This document shows positions 48,670-60,080 of a DNA stretch of 64,000 nucleotides, piece by piece. Source of the stretch: Squalus acanthias. Its lineage: Eukaryota. A program made the position numbers and the translations under genes. Where the stretch lies: contig CM059425.1 of NCBI GenBank assembly GCA_030390025.1, positions 239,320,001-239,384,000 on the forward strand. Reading direction: 5' to 3'. Every line of letters starts with the position of its first letter. Positions within the stretch are counted from its first letter, which is position 1. Under the pieces are notes generated by a model. The model had not been told where the DNA came from, did not search any database, and saw only the letters and a program-made list of their open reading frames with translations.

Positions 48670-48804
48670 ATTGTGATGCTCTGTCACGGTGCACGGATCG
48701 GATTCTTTCAGGGAGACATCAGACTGCTAATGGACGACATCAAAGTTTTGAAGCCAACTGTTTTTCCAGTTGTTCCCCGTCTGCTTAACAGGATGTATGA
48801 TAAG
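48670..48804 (+). CDS. ACSL1: ACSL1 exon 12 (IVMLCHGARIGFFQGDIRLLMDDIKVLKPTVFPVVPRLLNRMYDK)
   Basis: tctttgcag| ... AAG|gtatgc; 135 nt. Confidence 0.96.
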
Positions 48805-49186
48805 GTATGCCTGAATTTTTCTGTAACTGTTATGTATTGGAATTTTCAATTCCAACCTTTTTACTTTTTTAAAAAAAATGAATCAGAATATTGATTTTAT
48901 TTTCCCCAATCGCTGCATGTGTAGGTAAGGCTAGTGATTTATCACTGGATATTTTGCCGAAAATCAAATCATGGGACAGTTGTAGGTAAAATTGGGAAAA
49001 TGATGTTCTCTGAAAGCCAGGTTCAAGTAGAGCTGAGCGTCAGCTTTTGCCCCACAGCTCTGACTCTACTATATTACAGTCTCTTGTATACTGCAAAGCA
49101 GCTCAGTAAATTGCCACATTAAACAGCCAGCTCAACTCCATCTGATCCATTAACGATAGGTCTAAAGAGTTCTCAAATGGATTTTA

Positions 49187-50195
49187 CATAGAAATACATA
49201 GAAGTTGCCACAAGGAAACCGGCTATTCCGGTCCAAACAGTCTGCGTTGGTGTGTGTTCATTATTTGAGCAGTAGTCCTAATCCCATATACCCATTCCCA
49301 TGAACCTTTATCCCCTTTCCTTCAACTGCCTATCCAGTCTATTCTTAAATGTTGCCATTGTCTCTGCTTCAATCACCTAACTCTGGTCATGTATTCTACA
49401 GCATAACAACCCTCCTGCTCTCTCTCCTAAATCTCTTATATATTTAATCTTGTATCTAAGTCCCCTTTGTTCTAGATCCCTCTGCGTTTCTATCTATCCT
49501 GTCCTATTCCATCATAATTTTAAACAACTCTATTAAATCATCGTGTGCGTCATCATACTTCTATTGTGTGTTGTTTCTGGGTCCTGATGTGACTTCCTCT
49601 AGAAGAAGAACATGATATAGAGTGGGGCTTCTAAAAGGGATCAGCAGGAAAGATCCTATGACCGCCATTGTAAATGATAGAAGTTGTGTATCGATTTGGT
49701 ATCTAACAGTTATTTTGCACCCTTCCCAAATTCTTTAAACTTGCTGAACAGCCAGATGAATGCTTAGAAAATCATATACGGATCGGGGTTTACAGTTATG
49801 AAGAGAGACTTGAGAAGTGGGGACTTTTCTCACTACAGTTGAAGAGATTCAGTGATGATCTGCTGGTGGTTTTCAAGATTATGAGGAGTTATGATGAGGA
49901 ATATAGCAACAGATTATTTCCACTGGTCAGCAAGACAGTAACGAGAGGGCACAAATTTAAGATAGTCACAAAACAAAATTTAATGGGAGGCTGGTTAGAA
50001 CATGGAATTCTCTGCCACAAACAGTTAACTGATTCCATAAATTCTTTTAAAGCACAGCTCGATAGTTACTTGAGAAAGAGGAATATGAAAGGGCAGGAGC
50101 TTGGGATTAGACAAGGTGGCTTGTGGAGAATAGCAACGTCACAAACTTGATGGGCTGAATGACCCATTTCTGTGCTGTAACATTTTATGCTTCTG
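49187..50195. mobile_element. Old CR1 fragments (- then +)
   Basis: ORF 49839..50150 LVVFKIMRS..RLFPL..TRGHKFKI. Confidence 0.7.
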
Positions 50196-50419
50196 TGAAA
50201 ATGATGGAGACAGATTGTCGCCAAATTTAGATTTCTCAAACACAAATGTTAAGCGGAAGTCTTGAGTCATGGATCCACTTGACAAGCCACATTCTTTGAC
50301 TTGCTTTTGATTGCATTCTATTGCTTAAATTAGGAAAGGGGTGGAAATTGGATTAAATAATTCTTTCCAGTTAATTGGCATTTCTAGATTTGGAAAAGAA
50401 CAAGTCAATTCACAGTTTG

Positions 50420-52690
50420 TCATAACACAAGAACATAAGACATAGGAGCAGGAGTAGGTCATTTGGCCCGTTGAGCCTGCTCCACCATTCAATAAGATCA
50501 TGGCTGATCTGATCTTGGCCTCAACTCCACTTCCCTGCCCGCTCCCCATAACCCTTGACTCCCTTATCGTTCAAAAATCTGTCTATCTCCACCTTAAATA
50601 TATTCAATGACCCAGCCTCCACAGCACTCTGGGGAAGAGAATTCCAAAGATTCATGACCCTCTGAGAGAAGAAATTCCTCCTCATTTCCGATTTAAATGG
50701 GTGCCCCCTTATTCTGAAATGATGCCCCCTAGTTCTAGATTCCCCCACGAGGGGAAACATCCTCTCTGCATCTACCCTGTCAAGCCCCTTCAGAATCTTA
50801 TATGTTTCAATACGATCCCCTCTCATTCTTCTAAAGTCCAATGAGTATAGGCCCAACCTGCTCAACCTTTCTTCATAAGGTGGAGATGCCGGTGTTGGAC
50901 TGGGGTGGACAAATGTGAGAAGTCGCACAACACCAGATTATAGTCCAACAGCTTTATTTGAAATCACTGATTTCAAATAAAGCTGTTGGACTATAACCTG
51001 GTGTTGTGCGACTTCTCACATTTCTTCATAAGATAACTCCTTCATCTCCGGAATCAACCTCGTGAACCTTCTCTGAACTGCCTCCAATGCAAGTATATCC
51101 TTCCTTAAATAAGGAGACCAAAACTGTGTGCAGTACTCCAGGTGTGGTCTCACCAACACCCTGTACAGTTGTAACAGGACTTCCCTACTTTTATACTCCA
51201 TTCCCTTTGCAATAAAGGCCAACACTCCATTTGCCTTCCTAATTACTTGCTGTACCTGTATGCTAACTTTTTGTGATTCATGTTCAAGGACCCCCAGATC
51301 CCTCTGTACCTCAGCATTTTGTAATGTCTCCCCATTTAAAAAATAATTTGCTTTTTTATTTTTCCTACCAAAGTGGATAACCTTGCATTTTCCCACATTA
51401 AACTCCATCTGCCAGATTTTTGCCCACTCACTTAGCCTATCTATATCCCTTTGGAGATTTATTGCGTCCTCCACACAATTTGCTTTCCCACCCATATTTG
51501 TATCATCAGCAATTTTGGTTACATTACATTCGGTTCCTTCATACAAGTCATTAATATAGATTGTAAGTAGTTGAGGCCCCAGCACTGATCCCTGTGGCAC
51601 CCCACTAGTTACAGTTTGCCAACCTGAAAATGACCCATTTATCCAACTCTCTGTTTTCTGTTAGTTAGCCAATCCTCTATCCATGCTAATATATTACCCC
51701 CAACCCCGTGAGCTCTTATCTTATGTAGTAACCTTTTATGTGGCACCTTATTGAATGCCTTCTGGAAATACAAATACACGACATCTACTGGTTCCCCTTT
51801 ATCCACCCTGCTCATTACATCCTCGAAGAACTCCAGCAAATTTGTCAAACGTGATTTCCCTTTCATAAAACCATGCTGACTCTGCTTGACTATATTATGA
51901 TTTTCTAAATGTCCTGCTACCACTTCCTTAATGATGGACTCTAGCATTTTCCCAATGACAGATGTTAGGCTAACTGGTCGATAGTTGCCTACTTTCTGTC
52001 TTCCTCCTTTTCTTAAATAGGGGCGAATTGTTTGCGGTTTTCCAGTCCGCTGGGACCTCTCCAGAATCCAGGGAATTTTGGTACATTACAACCAATGCAT
52101 CCACTATCTCTGCAGCCACCTCTTTTAAGACTCTTGGATGCAGGCCATCGGGTCCAGGGGACTTGTCCACCTTTTAGTCCCATTAGTTTGCCTAGTACTT
52201 TCTTTCTAGTGATAGTGATTGTTTTAAGTTCCCCCCCCCCCCCCCCCCCCCACCCCAATAGGCCCTTGATTATCCATTATTGGGATGCTTTTAGTGTCTT
52301 CTACCGTGAAGACGATACAAAATATTTGTTCAAAGTCTCCGCCATTTCCCTGTTTCCCATTATTAATTCCCCAGACTCATCCTCTAGGGGGACCAGCGTT
52401 TACTTTAGCTACTCTCTTCCTTTTTATATACCTGTAGAAGCTCTTACTGTCTTTTTATATTTCTTGCTAGCTTACTCTCATAAGCTATATTCTCTCTCTC
52501 TCTCATTTTTTTAGTCGTCCTTTGCTGGTTTTTAAAAATTTCGCAATCCTCTGGCCTTCCACTATTCTTCGCAACATTGTATGCTTTTGTTTTCAATTTG
52601 ATACCATCCTTTACTTCCTTAGTTAGCCACGGATGGTTCATCCTTCTCTTAGAGTCTTTATTTCTCACTGGAATATATCTTTGCTGAAAG
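50420..52690 (-). mobile_element. CR1 LINE, ~2.2 kb, 5'-truncated
   Basis: ORFs 50521..50928, 51016..51600, 51639..51947, 51970..52170, 52444..52668. Confidence 0.93.
50880..51020. mobile_element. PLE family-1 near-perfect palindromic insertion within CR1
   Basis: 56-bp arms 50911-50966/50968-51023 (1 mismatch) around c50967; 12-bp TSD tttcttcataag at 50868-50879 and 51021-51032. Confidence 0.82.
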
Positions 52691-52739
52691 TTATGAAATA
52701 AGTGTCTCTATGATAATTTAACATGAGTTTGACTTGTAG

Positions 52740-52874
52740 GTCCATAGCCAGGCTAGCGGTTTTATAAAACGGCGGATATTGGAATTTGCTACTTGGAGAA
52801 AAGTAGCAGAACTTCAAAAAGGGATAATGCGGCGCAACAGCATATGGGACAAGTTGGTCTTTCGTAAAGTACAG
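52740..52874 (+). CDS. ACSL1: ACSL1 exon 13 (VHSQASGFIKRRILEFATWRKVAELQKGIMRRNSIWDKLVFRKVQ)
   Basis: gacttgtag| ... CAG|gtatgt; 135 nt; not in the ORF track, found by homology to NSLWDRLIFHKVQ. Confidence 0.92.
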
Positions 52875-53019
52875 GTATGTGTCATGCATGCAGGTGATAT
52901 CTAGAGAAATTAAAAGGGCTTTATCCAATACTTATTTAACATTGAACAAATGTGGTAGTACTATTCTATTGCCTCTTAATGTGTGCAAGAGAGAGAGGTT
53001 TTATTGCAGACATGGCTTT

Positions 53020-53360
53020 TTTTTATACGTTCCTGGGATGTGGGCGTCACTGGCAAGACCAGCATTTATTGTGCCCATCCCTAATTACCCTTGAGAAGGT
53101 GGCGGTAAGCTGCCTTCTTGAACCGCTGCAGTCCGTGTGGTGAAGGTACTCCCACAGTGCTGTTAGGGAGGGAGTTCCAGGATTTTGACCCAGCGATGAT
53201 GAAGGAACGGCGATATATTTCCAAGTCAGGATGGTGTGTAACTTGTAGGTGATGGTGTTGCCATGCGCCTGCTGCCCTTGTCCTTCTAGGTGGTAGAGGG
53301 CGTGGGTTTGGGAGGTGCTGCCGAAGAAGCCTTGGTGAGTTGCTGCAGTGCATCTTGTAC
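53020..53360 (-). mobile_element. LINE-B 3' fragment
   Basis: ORF 53081..53353 MHCSNSPRLLRQHLPNPRPLPPRRTR. Confidence 0.85.
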
Positions 53361-53505
53361 TACCAACTTTCTTTCATGTGCCCTCAAGATGCTCCACCTG
53401 ATACGAAAGATTAGTGAAACTTACAAATGGGGCTGTTTAGGGTCAGATTCAAAATCACAGTTTGGATCGACAGTCCAGTGCTTCTGAGTGCAGTGTCCAG
53501 ATGAG

Positions 53506-54107
53506 AGGGGCTGATTTTCTTCCACTCTATTTTTGCTCCAGTGTAAATCGAGCACTGCAGCCCAACTGGAGCAGAGCTGAACCAAGCTGAATTTCCAGGT
53601 TAAGCTAATTATCCCCTGACTTTGCCCCCAATATAGGAATGGGCGAGTACCCAAAATCGGGTGAGGAAATTTGGCTTCTAGTGCAGGCTTGCAGCAGTGC
53701 TAATAGTTGCCAGCTTCAGGCCCTTCTGTCTGCCATATGGCCTCCTGACCCTTTGTGGCTCACTGGCCCGCAAGAAGACTAAACTTTACTGACTAGAAAT
53801 GAGTGGGAATTGCTGCCACTTTTCAGATTCTGCAGCCTACGAGGCTCACCTTCACTAGCCATACCACCAGTTGGGCCTCTGCCAAGTGGGAGACCAAAGA
53901 AAATGAGGCCGGAGGAGATTCTTTTTAACGGACCTCCCGTGTCGTTAACATTTAATTTAAATGTTCCACCCATACCCAGGCATATCCTTGGAAAATACAG
54001 GTGGAGCTCAAAGGGTGGAGACCAGTTCGATAGATCCTTCGCCTCTTTGAGTTGCGCCCTGGAAATGGGAGCTCACTGGCTGCATCGAAAAGGGAAATTG
54101 GCCCCAT
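53506..54107. mobile_element. Probable old Harbinger-like MITE (similar GC-rich relics at ~47430-48000 and ~58220-58725)
   Basis: Imperfect termini ggggctgattttc / gaaattggcccc resembling those of 8278-9149; no clean TSD. Confidence 0.35.
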
Positions 54108-54246
54108 GGGGTTTTTTTAATGTACAGTATAATTTTTTTTTAAATGCTCCTCTGCTTTAATAAATCTTGAAGAAATATTGAAGTTCAATGCTTGGTATTT
54201 GGCTTTTTTTCAATATTCTAGTTATCAATCCACTTTCTGTCTACAG

Positions 54247-54342
54247 GACAGTCTTGGTGGCCAGGTAAAATTAATGGTAACCGGAGCTGCTCCTGTATCT
54301 GAGACTGTGCTTACTTTTATCAGGGCTGCCGTAGGTTGTCAG
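54247..54342 (+). CDS. ACSL1: ACSL1 exon 14 (DSLGGQVKLMVTGAAPVSETVLTFIRAAVGCQ)
   Basis: tctgtctacag| ... CAG|gtaagc; 96 nt; TGAAP motif. Confidence 0.96.
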
Positions 54343-55204
54343 GTAAGCTGCATTTTTAATTTCTGTTCATATTTAAATTTTACTAATTTTGTCTCTTGTA
54401 CAAGAGATGCTAGAGGGAAATTAGTTTATCTAGTTTCCTAGGTCTGCCATCCAATTTTTTTCTTTTAAATGCTCAGTGATCGGTCAGGTACTTGAGTGGC
54501 ATTAGTCGGTACTGTGAGAAAGTAGCCATGTTTAGGAGCAGTCATTCTATTCAGCTGCTGGTGCCTTCTGTCTCTGCCACCCCCAGCTTTCTTCCCAAAT
54601 CAATCCCACCTCCCTTTTCAAGTCCCTGCAGTCCATAACACCCTGACCATAGCCACTAACTATGTCTTTTTTGACAACAACCATGGTTCTTCATTCTTGA
54701 CACTTCCTCCTTCTTAATGCACTTCTTGACCGCTCCATTCTCCTCCACAGCCTGTCTTTAGTACTGCTCTCTCCTGGTTCCATTCCCATCTGTACCAATG
54801 CAGACACTGAAGCCCTGAAATGCTGCAGGGGTTCTGTGTCTCCCGCTGTAATTCTGGCGGATCCCCCAAAGAAAGGGCCGAAACTCAGTGGGAGCCCCTG
54901 TGGAATTTCCTTAAATGCTTTCTTCTCCTGTACCTGCACAATCACTTGGGATGTGCTTCAAGGCTGCATGTGTGATTCTCCCCTTTTTTTTAATCATCTC
55001 CACGCAATCCATTTTGCAACGACATTCTTAACCATGGGGTCAGCTTTCGCGTATGCTGGCAACACCAACTTTACCTGTTGGCCACTGTCATCAGCGTCCA
55101 CTCAGAGGCTGTTTCCATTCGAACCGACTGCTGATGTTCAAGTACAGATTTTTGGACCTGTATCTCATGAGTTCAGATTTTAAAAGAAGGGTGCTTGTAA
55201 AGAA

Positions 55205-55597
55205 AGAAAGACTTACAACATTACGTGAAAGGCGCTATATAAATGTAATGTAGGAAACGCGGCAGCCAATTTGCTCTCAGCAAGCTCCCACAAACAGCAA
55301 TGTGATAATGACCAGATAATCTGTTTTGGATAACTCCCCTGCTCCTCTTCGAAATAGTGCCATGGGTTCTTTTACGTCCACCTGAGCGAGTAGATGGGGC
55401 CTCGGTTTAACGTCTCATCCGAAAGACGGCACCTCCGACAGTGCAGTGCTCCCTCGGCACTGCACTGGAGTGTCAGCTCAGATTTTTGTGCTCCAGTCTC
55501 CTGGAGCGGGACTTGAAACTCTCTCCTTGCCATGATCCCCAATCCCTTGACCCCCCCAATCCTCTGACTCAGACGAGAGTGCTACCAACTGAGCTAC
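55205..55597 (-). mobile_element. DeuSINE
   Basis: Reverse complement of 1245-1727, including head and Deu core. Confidence 0.82.
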
Positions 55598-55656
55598 TGG
55601 TTGACGCATGTTTTATTGTAGAGAATAAAACATATGTACAAGCACTGGGGATGGTG

Positions 55657-56193
55657 CAGAGTTGTCTCCTTCACACACAACCTGAGTCCATACCAGACTC
55701 CAAGGAGATAGGGAGATGATGGGGCCTGTTAAAAGTAGGGAGCCTGACCACACGTGCAGTGCACAGTGTAGCAGATGATGGGTCAATTGGAGAAGTCCAC
55801 CAACACATCTCTGATGAGCGCTTGGATATCTTTATATGGTAGGGGAGGGATTCTCTGGGGAAACCAGAGGTGGGAGGAACCTTGGTTCCACCAGTAATAG
55901 TAATACCGGTAACATTCGGATTCCCTTCATAACCAACTTGCTAATACAATAACTTGCTAATAGTCTATATGTAACTGGTAGTAATAGGTGTAATGCCCTG
56001 ATATCCTACCTCATAACTAGTAGTAATTCCATAACCTGCTGATATTCACCCTGTAACTACAGCCAGAATCCTGCTGCACGGCACATGTGTGGTCGGGCTC
56101 CCTGGTCGATGCTACTTTTAACAGGCCCCATCATCTCCCTATCTCCTTGGAGTCTGGTATGGACTCCGGTTCTGTGTGAAGGAGACAACTCTG
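55657..56193. repeat. Spaced inverted repeat
   Basis: 55657-55738 versus reverse complement of 56112-56193: 80/82 identical by eye, extending about 25 bp inward past a ~10-nt indel. Confidence 0.9.
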
Positions 56194-57234
56194 AACTGGG
56201 AGCCTCAGTCGACCGATCTGTACTTGGACTTGACACGTCAAAACCGGCCAGCACAGACCGACCTGAACCAAACCAAAAGATTACAAAAAGGGGCTGCGGA
56301 CTCGGTGTTTGAGGCGAATCATCCTAAACTCAGCTCAGCACCATCATTTGTAAACCACTTCAACTCAATAAAAGAAGAGTTTTTATAGAATAATAGAAAT
56401 TCGAGCACAGGACGAGATCATTCGACCCCCGGTGCTGGTGCTCATGCCTGTAACCACATTTTTCCCAGATCCTTTTATATTCAAATACATATTCTATTCC
56501 CTTTTAAATGATGTTTTAGTCCCTACCTCAATAACCACTTGTGTTGAAGCATCCCATGGTCTAATAGGCCTCAGTTCAAGAGCCCTTCTTCTCCCTTCCC
56601 CCTTGGTTCTTTCAGTGAGAACCCTCAGTCTCCGCCCCCTTGCTCCCCATTTGCCCACCAGTGGAAAGAATCTTACACTGTTTTCCCCAGGTTTCACTCA
56701 CCCCTGTGCTGGCTGCTTCTCGCACAGGCCGCTCCCACTCACCACAGTGCTGCTGCTGCTCCCGGCTCTGCAGGAAATGCTGCATCTTACACCCACCCTA
56801 TTCTCTGACCCCCGTCTCCCTCTTCCATCTCCCTCTCCCCAAACCCAGTCCATTGTCACTCTCTCTGTGCCATGATCCCCAATCCCTTGATCCCCAAATC
56901 CTTGTTCACCCCTCGCCCAGCCCTGTACCTCCCCACTCCACCTCTCCTCTCTTTCACCCTGCCCCCCCCCCCCCCCCCCCCCAATCTCCCATCTGATTCT
57001 CCACCAGCCAGTCCTGTTTCTGGTCACCCCTAAGTGGGGGCCTGCTCTCTACAGGGGAATTCTTGTTCTACTCAGATACAATATTGCATCCACTTGTTGA
57101 TTTAATGCCTTAAATACTCATGTGCTGCACTCTTCTCACAAAGTGCTGACTGTTGCTATGGTTCTGTTCTATTGGCCCGACAGCCATCTACTACTGTTAC
57201 CCAAGTAGTCATTGTTCATACGCGAACTTCAAGG

Positions 57235-57550
57235 GAACATAGGAACGGAACATAGGAACAGACCATTCAGCCCCTTGAACCTGTTCCAGCATTCAATTAG
57301 ATCATGGCTGATCTGTACCTCAACTGCATTTACCTGCCGTTGTTTCATTTCCTTTGATACCCTTGCCTAACAAAAATCTATTGATCTTCGTTTTGAAAAT
57401 TTCAATTGACCCAGCATCCACAGCCTTTTGAGAGCTTGTTCCAGATTTCCACAACCCTTTGTGAAGAAATGCTTCCTGATTTCACTCCCAAATGGCCTGG
57501 CTCCAATTTTAAAATGATGCGCCCTTGTTCTGGATCCCCCCACCCAAGGG
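57235..57550 (-). mobile_element. CR1 3' fragment
   Basis: ORF 57367..57594 GSRTRAHHFKI..RKHFFT; ggaacata-repeat tail. Confidence 0.8.
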
Positions 57551-58080
57551 AGGCACCATAGCTGAGCCCCAACCTGTCCTAACTCCGCATCCATGCATTC
57601 ACATGCATGTTTTCAGGGGTGTACTGAGTAATCCTGGGTGGGGACTTCCAATGTGGGTTTTTTTGTTTTCTCCAAAATAGAATCCAATCAAATATGAGTC
57701 CTGAGCAGGAGACGTACTGCGGTAGTATGCTAGTACCTTTACATTTTCTATCTTCTGAATACTGCAAGTGCTCTCCCACTTAGAACAGTTTACTGCTATA
57801 ATAAATGTCACTCAGAGCTGAAGCTACTGTCCATATTCCTGTATTATTGCGTGCTATGTGGGTCAGTTGGGGAAAAAAAACTGGGGCAGTTGTTGTGACT
57901 ATCCAGAGATGTGCAGTGGAACATTAGTCGCTGCAAACATTTTAGAATTTTTTCATTTGGACCTTAGCTGCCTGAATTCTGATGGACAACCCTTGATGGT
58001 GTTTTTTTTTGGAGGGGATCTTCTCTCAAGTATATTTCATTTTAAAAACTGTGCACTTTTGTCGTGGTAATCTTTTACAG

Positions 58081-58153
58081 TTTTATGAGGGATATGGACA
58101 AACTGAGTGCACGGCAGGCTGTACAATGAGCCTTCCTGGAGATTGGTCAGCAG
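58081..58153 (+). CDS. ACSL1: ACSL1 exon 15 (FYEGYGQTECTAGCTMSLPGDWSA-G)
   Basis: tcttttacag| ... CAG|gtaagg; 73 nt; YEGYGQTE adenylate motif. Confidence 0.96.
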
Positions 58154-59401
58154 GTAAGGCTTTTTTCTCCCCCTACCAAATGTTCTAGATTCAATGCATT
58201 GGTTGGTTTTAAGAAACCTGAGAGCTGACTTTGATTCGGTCCGCCCAGCGCCAGTGCCTGAGTTACCGTTCCGACTCTGCCCACCTCCGTTTTGCTCGGG
58301 ACCTTCACCAGGGCAGCCCAAGGCGCTTGCCCGAAGCAGGTGGGGGGCTCGTTGCCGTATGAAAATCAGGGCACACGCTACACCCATTTGTACTGTGTGG
58401 TGAGCGGCCTTAGCAGAGTTCTTAAAGGGACCCTTGGTGGCAAATCAGAAAATGGATTAGGCAGTGTCTGATGTATTATTTTTGGTGGGGCCAGGAGGAT
58501 CCACTGCCTGCCTGTCCTGGCTCATGGCCACCTCGGCGTGGGAGCTAGGCAATCGCCCATCGTCCTAGAATTAGCAAGCTGCAGCGGGACGACCAGCAAT
58601 TCGCTGGTCGAATGTAATCGAGGCCCTGGCCCGTAAGTGGCTCGGTCTTCCTGCTGGTGCAAAGAAAGGTGGCAGCGGGCACACTCCACTCAGTCCGTTC
58701 TCCACCGGCATTTAAAATTGGCCCTTTGGTGTAAAAAGTGCACTTTTGTCCATTACCGTTGAGCATTACTTCAGTTAATCCTTTTTGCGCTATTTTCTTA
58801 AGCGTAATGAAAGGTAAAAGATAAACATGCAAGCTAATAATTTCTACTGGTTGTAAGCTGTCAAAGATTAACTTATCAAGGTGAAGAAGGGGGAAAGGAA
58901 AGGAATGGGAACATGAAGAATTGAAATTTCAAACCGCAAAGAAAATGCTGAGGAAACCAAAAGACAAGTGTTTAACTTTAGAGACGTAGGTGTGATACTA
59001 CTTTGCCTGTCCAGTGTAACAACTTCAAACCAAACAGTTCCTTTTTTTTAAACAGCATTGCCTTCAGAGTCTTATTGGTATAGAGTTTTTCTTCTCCCAA
59101 CTGTTCAAAAAAAAAAAATCAAAAATTCCTCCTTTCCCCTCTTTTTTTCCCCTTCCCCATCCTAAACTGTTGGTGTCTCTTCCATGCCATGTTTGGTCTT
59201 GAATCGTTACTGGATGTAACCTGTGCTCTTATTTGCCGTTTCTTCCCTGGCTACTCGCGACTGATTCCCCAGTGTATTAGCCAATTCCTTATACCAGATC
59301 AAAAAGAGAGTATACAGATGGGACACCACCGATCCTCTACAATATATATATCATATCTTCAAACACCATCCTGACTAGCCTTTGCATTAAGGGCCATTCA
59401 G

Positions 59402-60080
59402 ATCATAGAATCATAGAAAGTTACAGCACGGAAGGAGGCCATTTCGGCCTATCGTGTCCGCGTCGGCCAACAAAGAGCTATCCAGTCTAATCCCACTTCC
59501 CAGCTCTTGGTCCGTAGCCCTGCAGGTTACAACATCCCGAGTGCACATCCAAGTACTTTTTAAACGTGGTTAGAGTTCCTGCCTCTACCACCCTTTCAGG
59601 CAGTGAGTTCCAGATCCCACAACCCTCTGGGTGAAGAAATTTCCCCTCAAATCCCCTCTAAACCTTCCACCTATTACTTTAAATCTGTGCCCCCTGGTTT
59701 TTGACCCCTCTGCTAAGGGAAATAGGTCCTTTCTATCCACTTTATCAAGGCCCCTCATAATTTTGTACACCTCAATAAGGTCTCCCCTCAGCCTCTCTGT
59801 TCCCAGGAAAACAGACCCAGCCTATCCAGTCTTTCCTCATAGCTAAGATTCTCTACTCCCGGCAACATCCTTGTAAATCTCCTCTGTACCCTCTCTAGTG
59901 CAATCACATCTTTCCTGTAATGTGGTGACCAGAACTGCACGCAGTACTCTAGCTGAGGCCTAACTAGTGTTTTATACAGTTGAAGCATAACCCCCCTGCT
60001 CTTGTATTCTATGCCACGGCTAATAAAGGCAAGCATTCCATATGCCTTCTTAACCACCTTATCTACCTGGCCTGCTACCT
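59402..60080 (-). mobile_element. CR1 3' portion
   Basis: ORFs 59585..59770 and 59788..60057. Confidence 0.92.

Larger units (their letters stand above)
1955..58153 (+). other. ACSL1: ACSL1 gene body (partial: exon 2 to exon 15; continues beyond window)
   Basis: 14 exon positions bounded by AG and GT (one GC) splice in frame. Peptide starts MQAHELL...TYWYATRPKPQKPPCDLSMQSVEV and contains ICFTSGTTGNPKG (AMP-binding P-loop), the ISFLPL(A/G)HMFE gate and YEGYGQTE. N-terminus and exon sizes match recalled vertebrate ACSL1. Confidence 0.93.
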
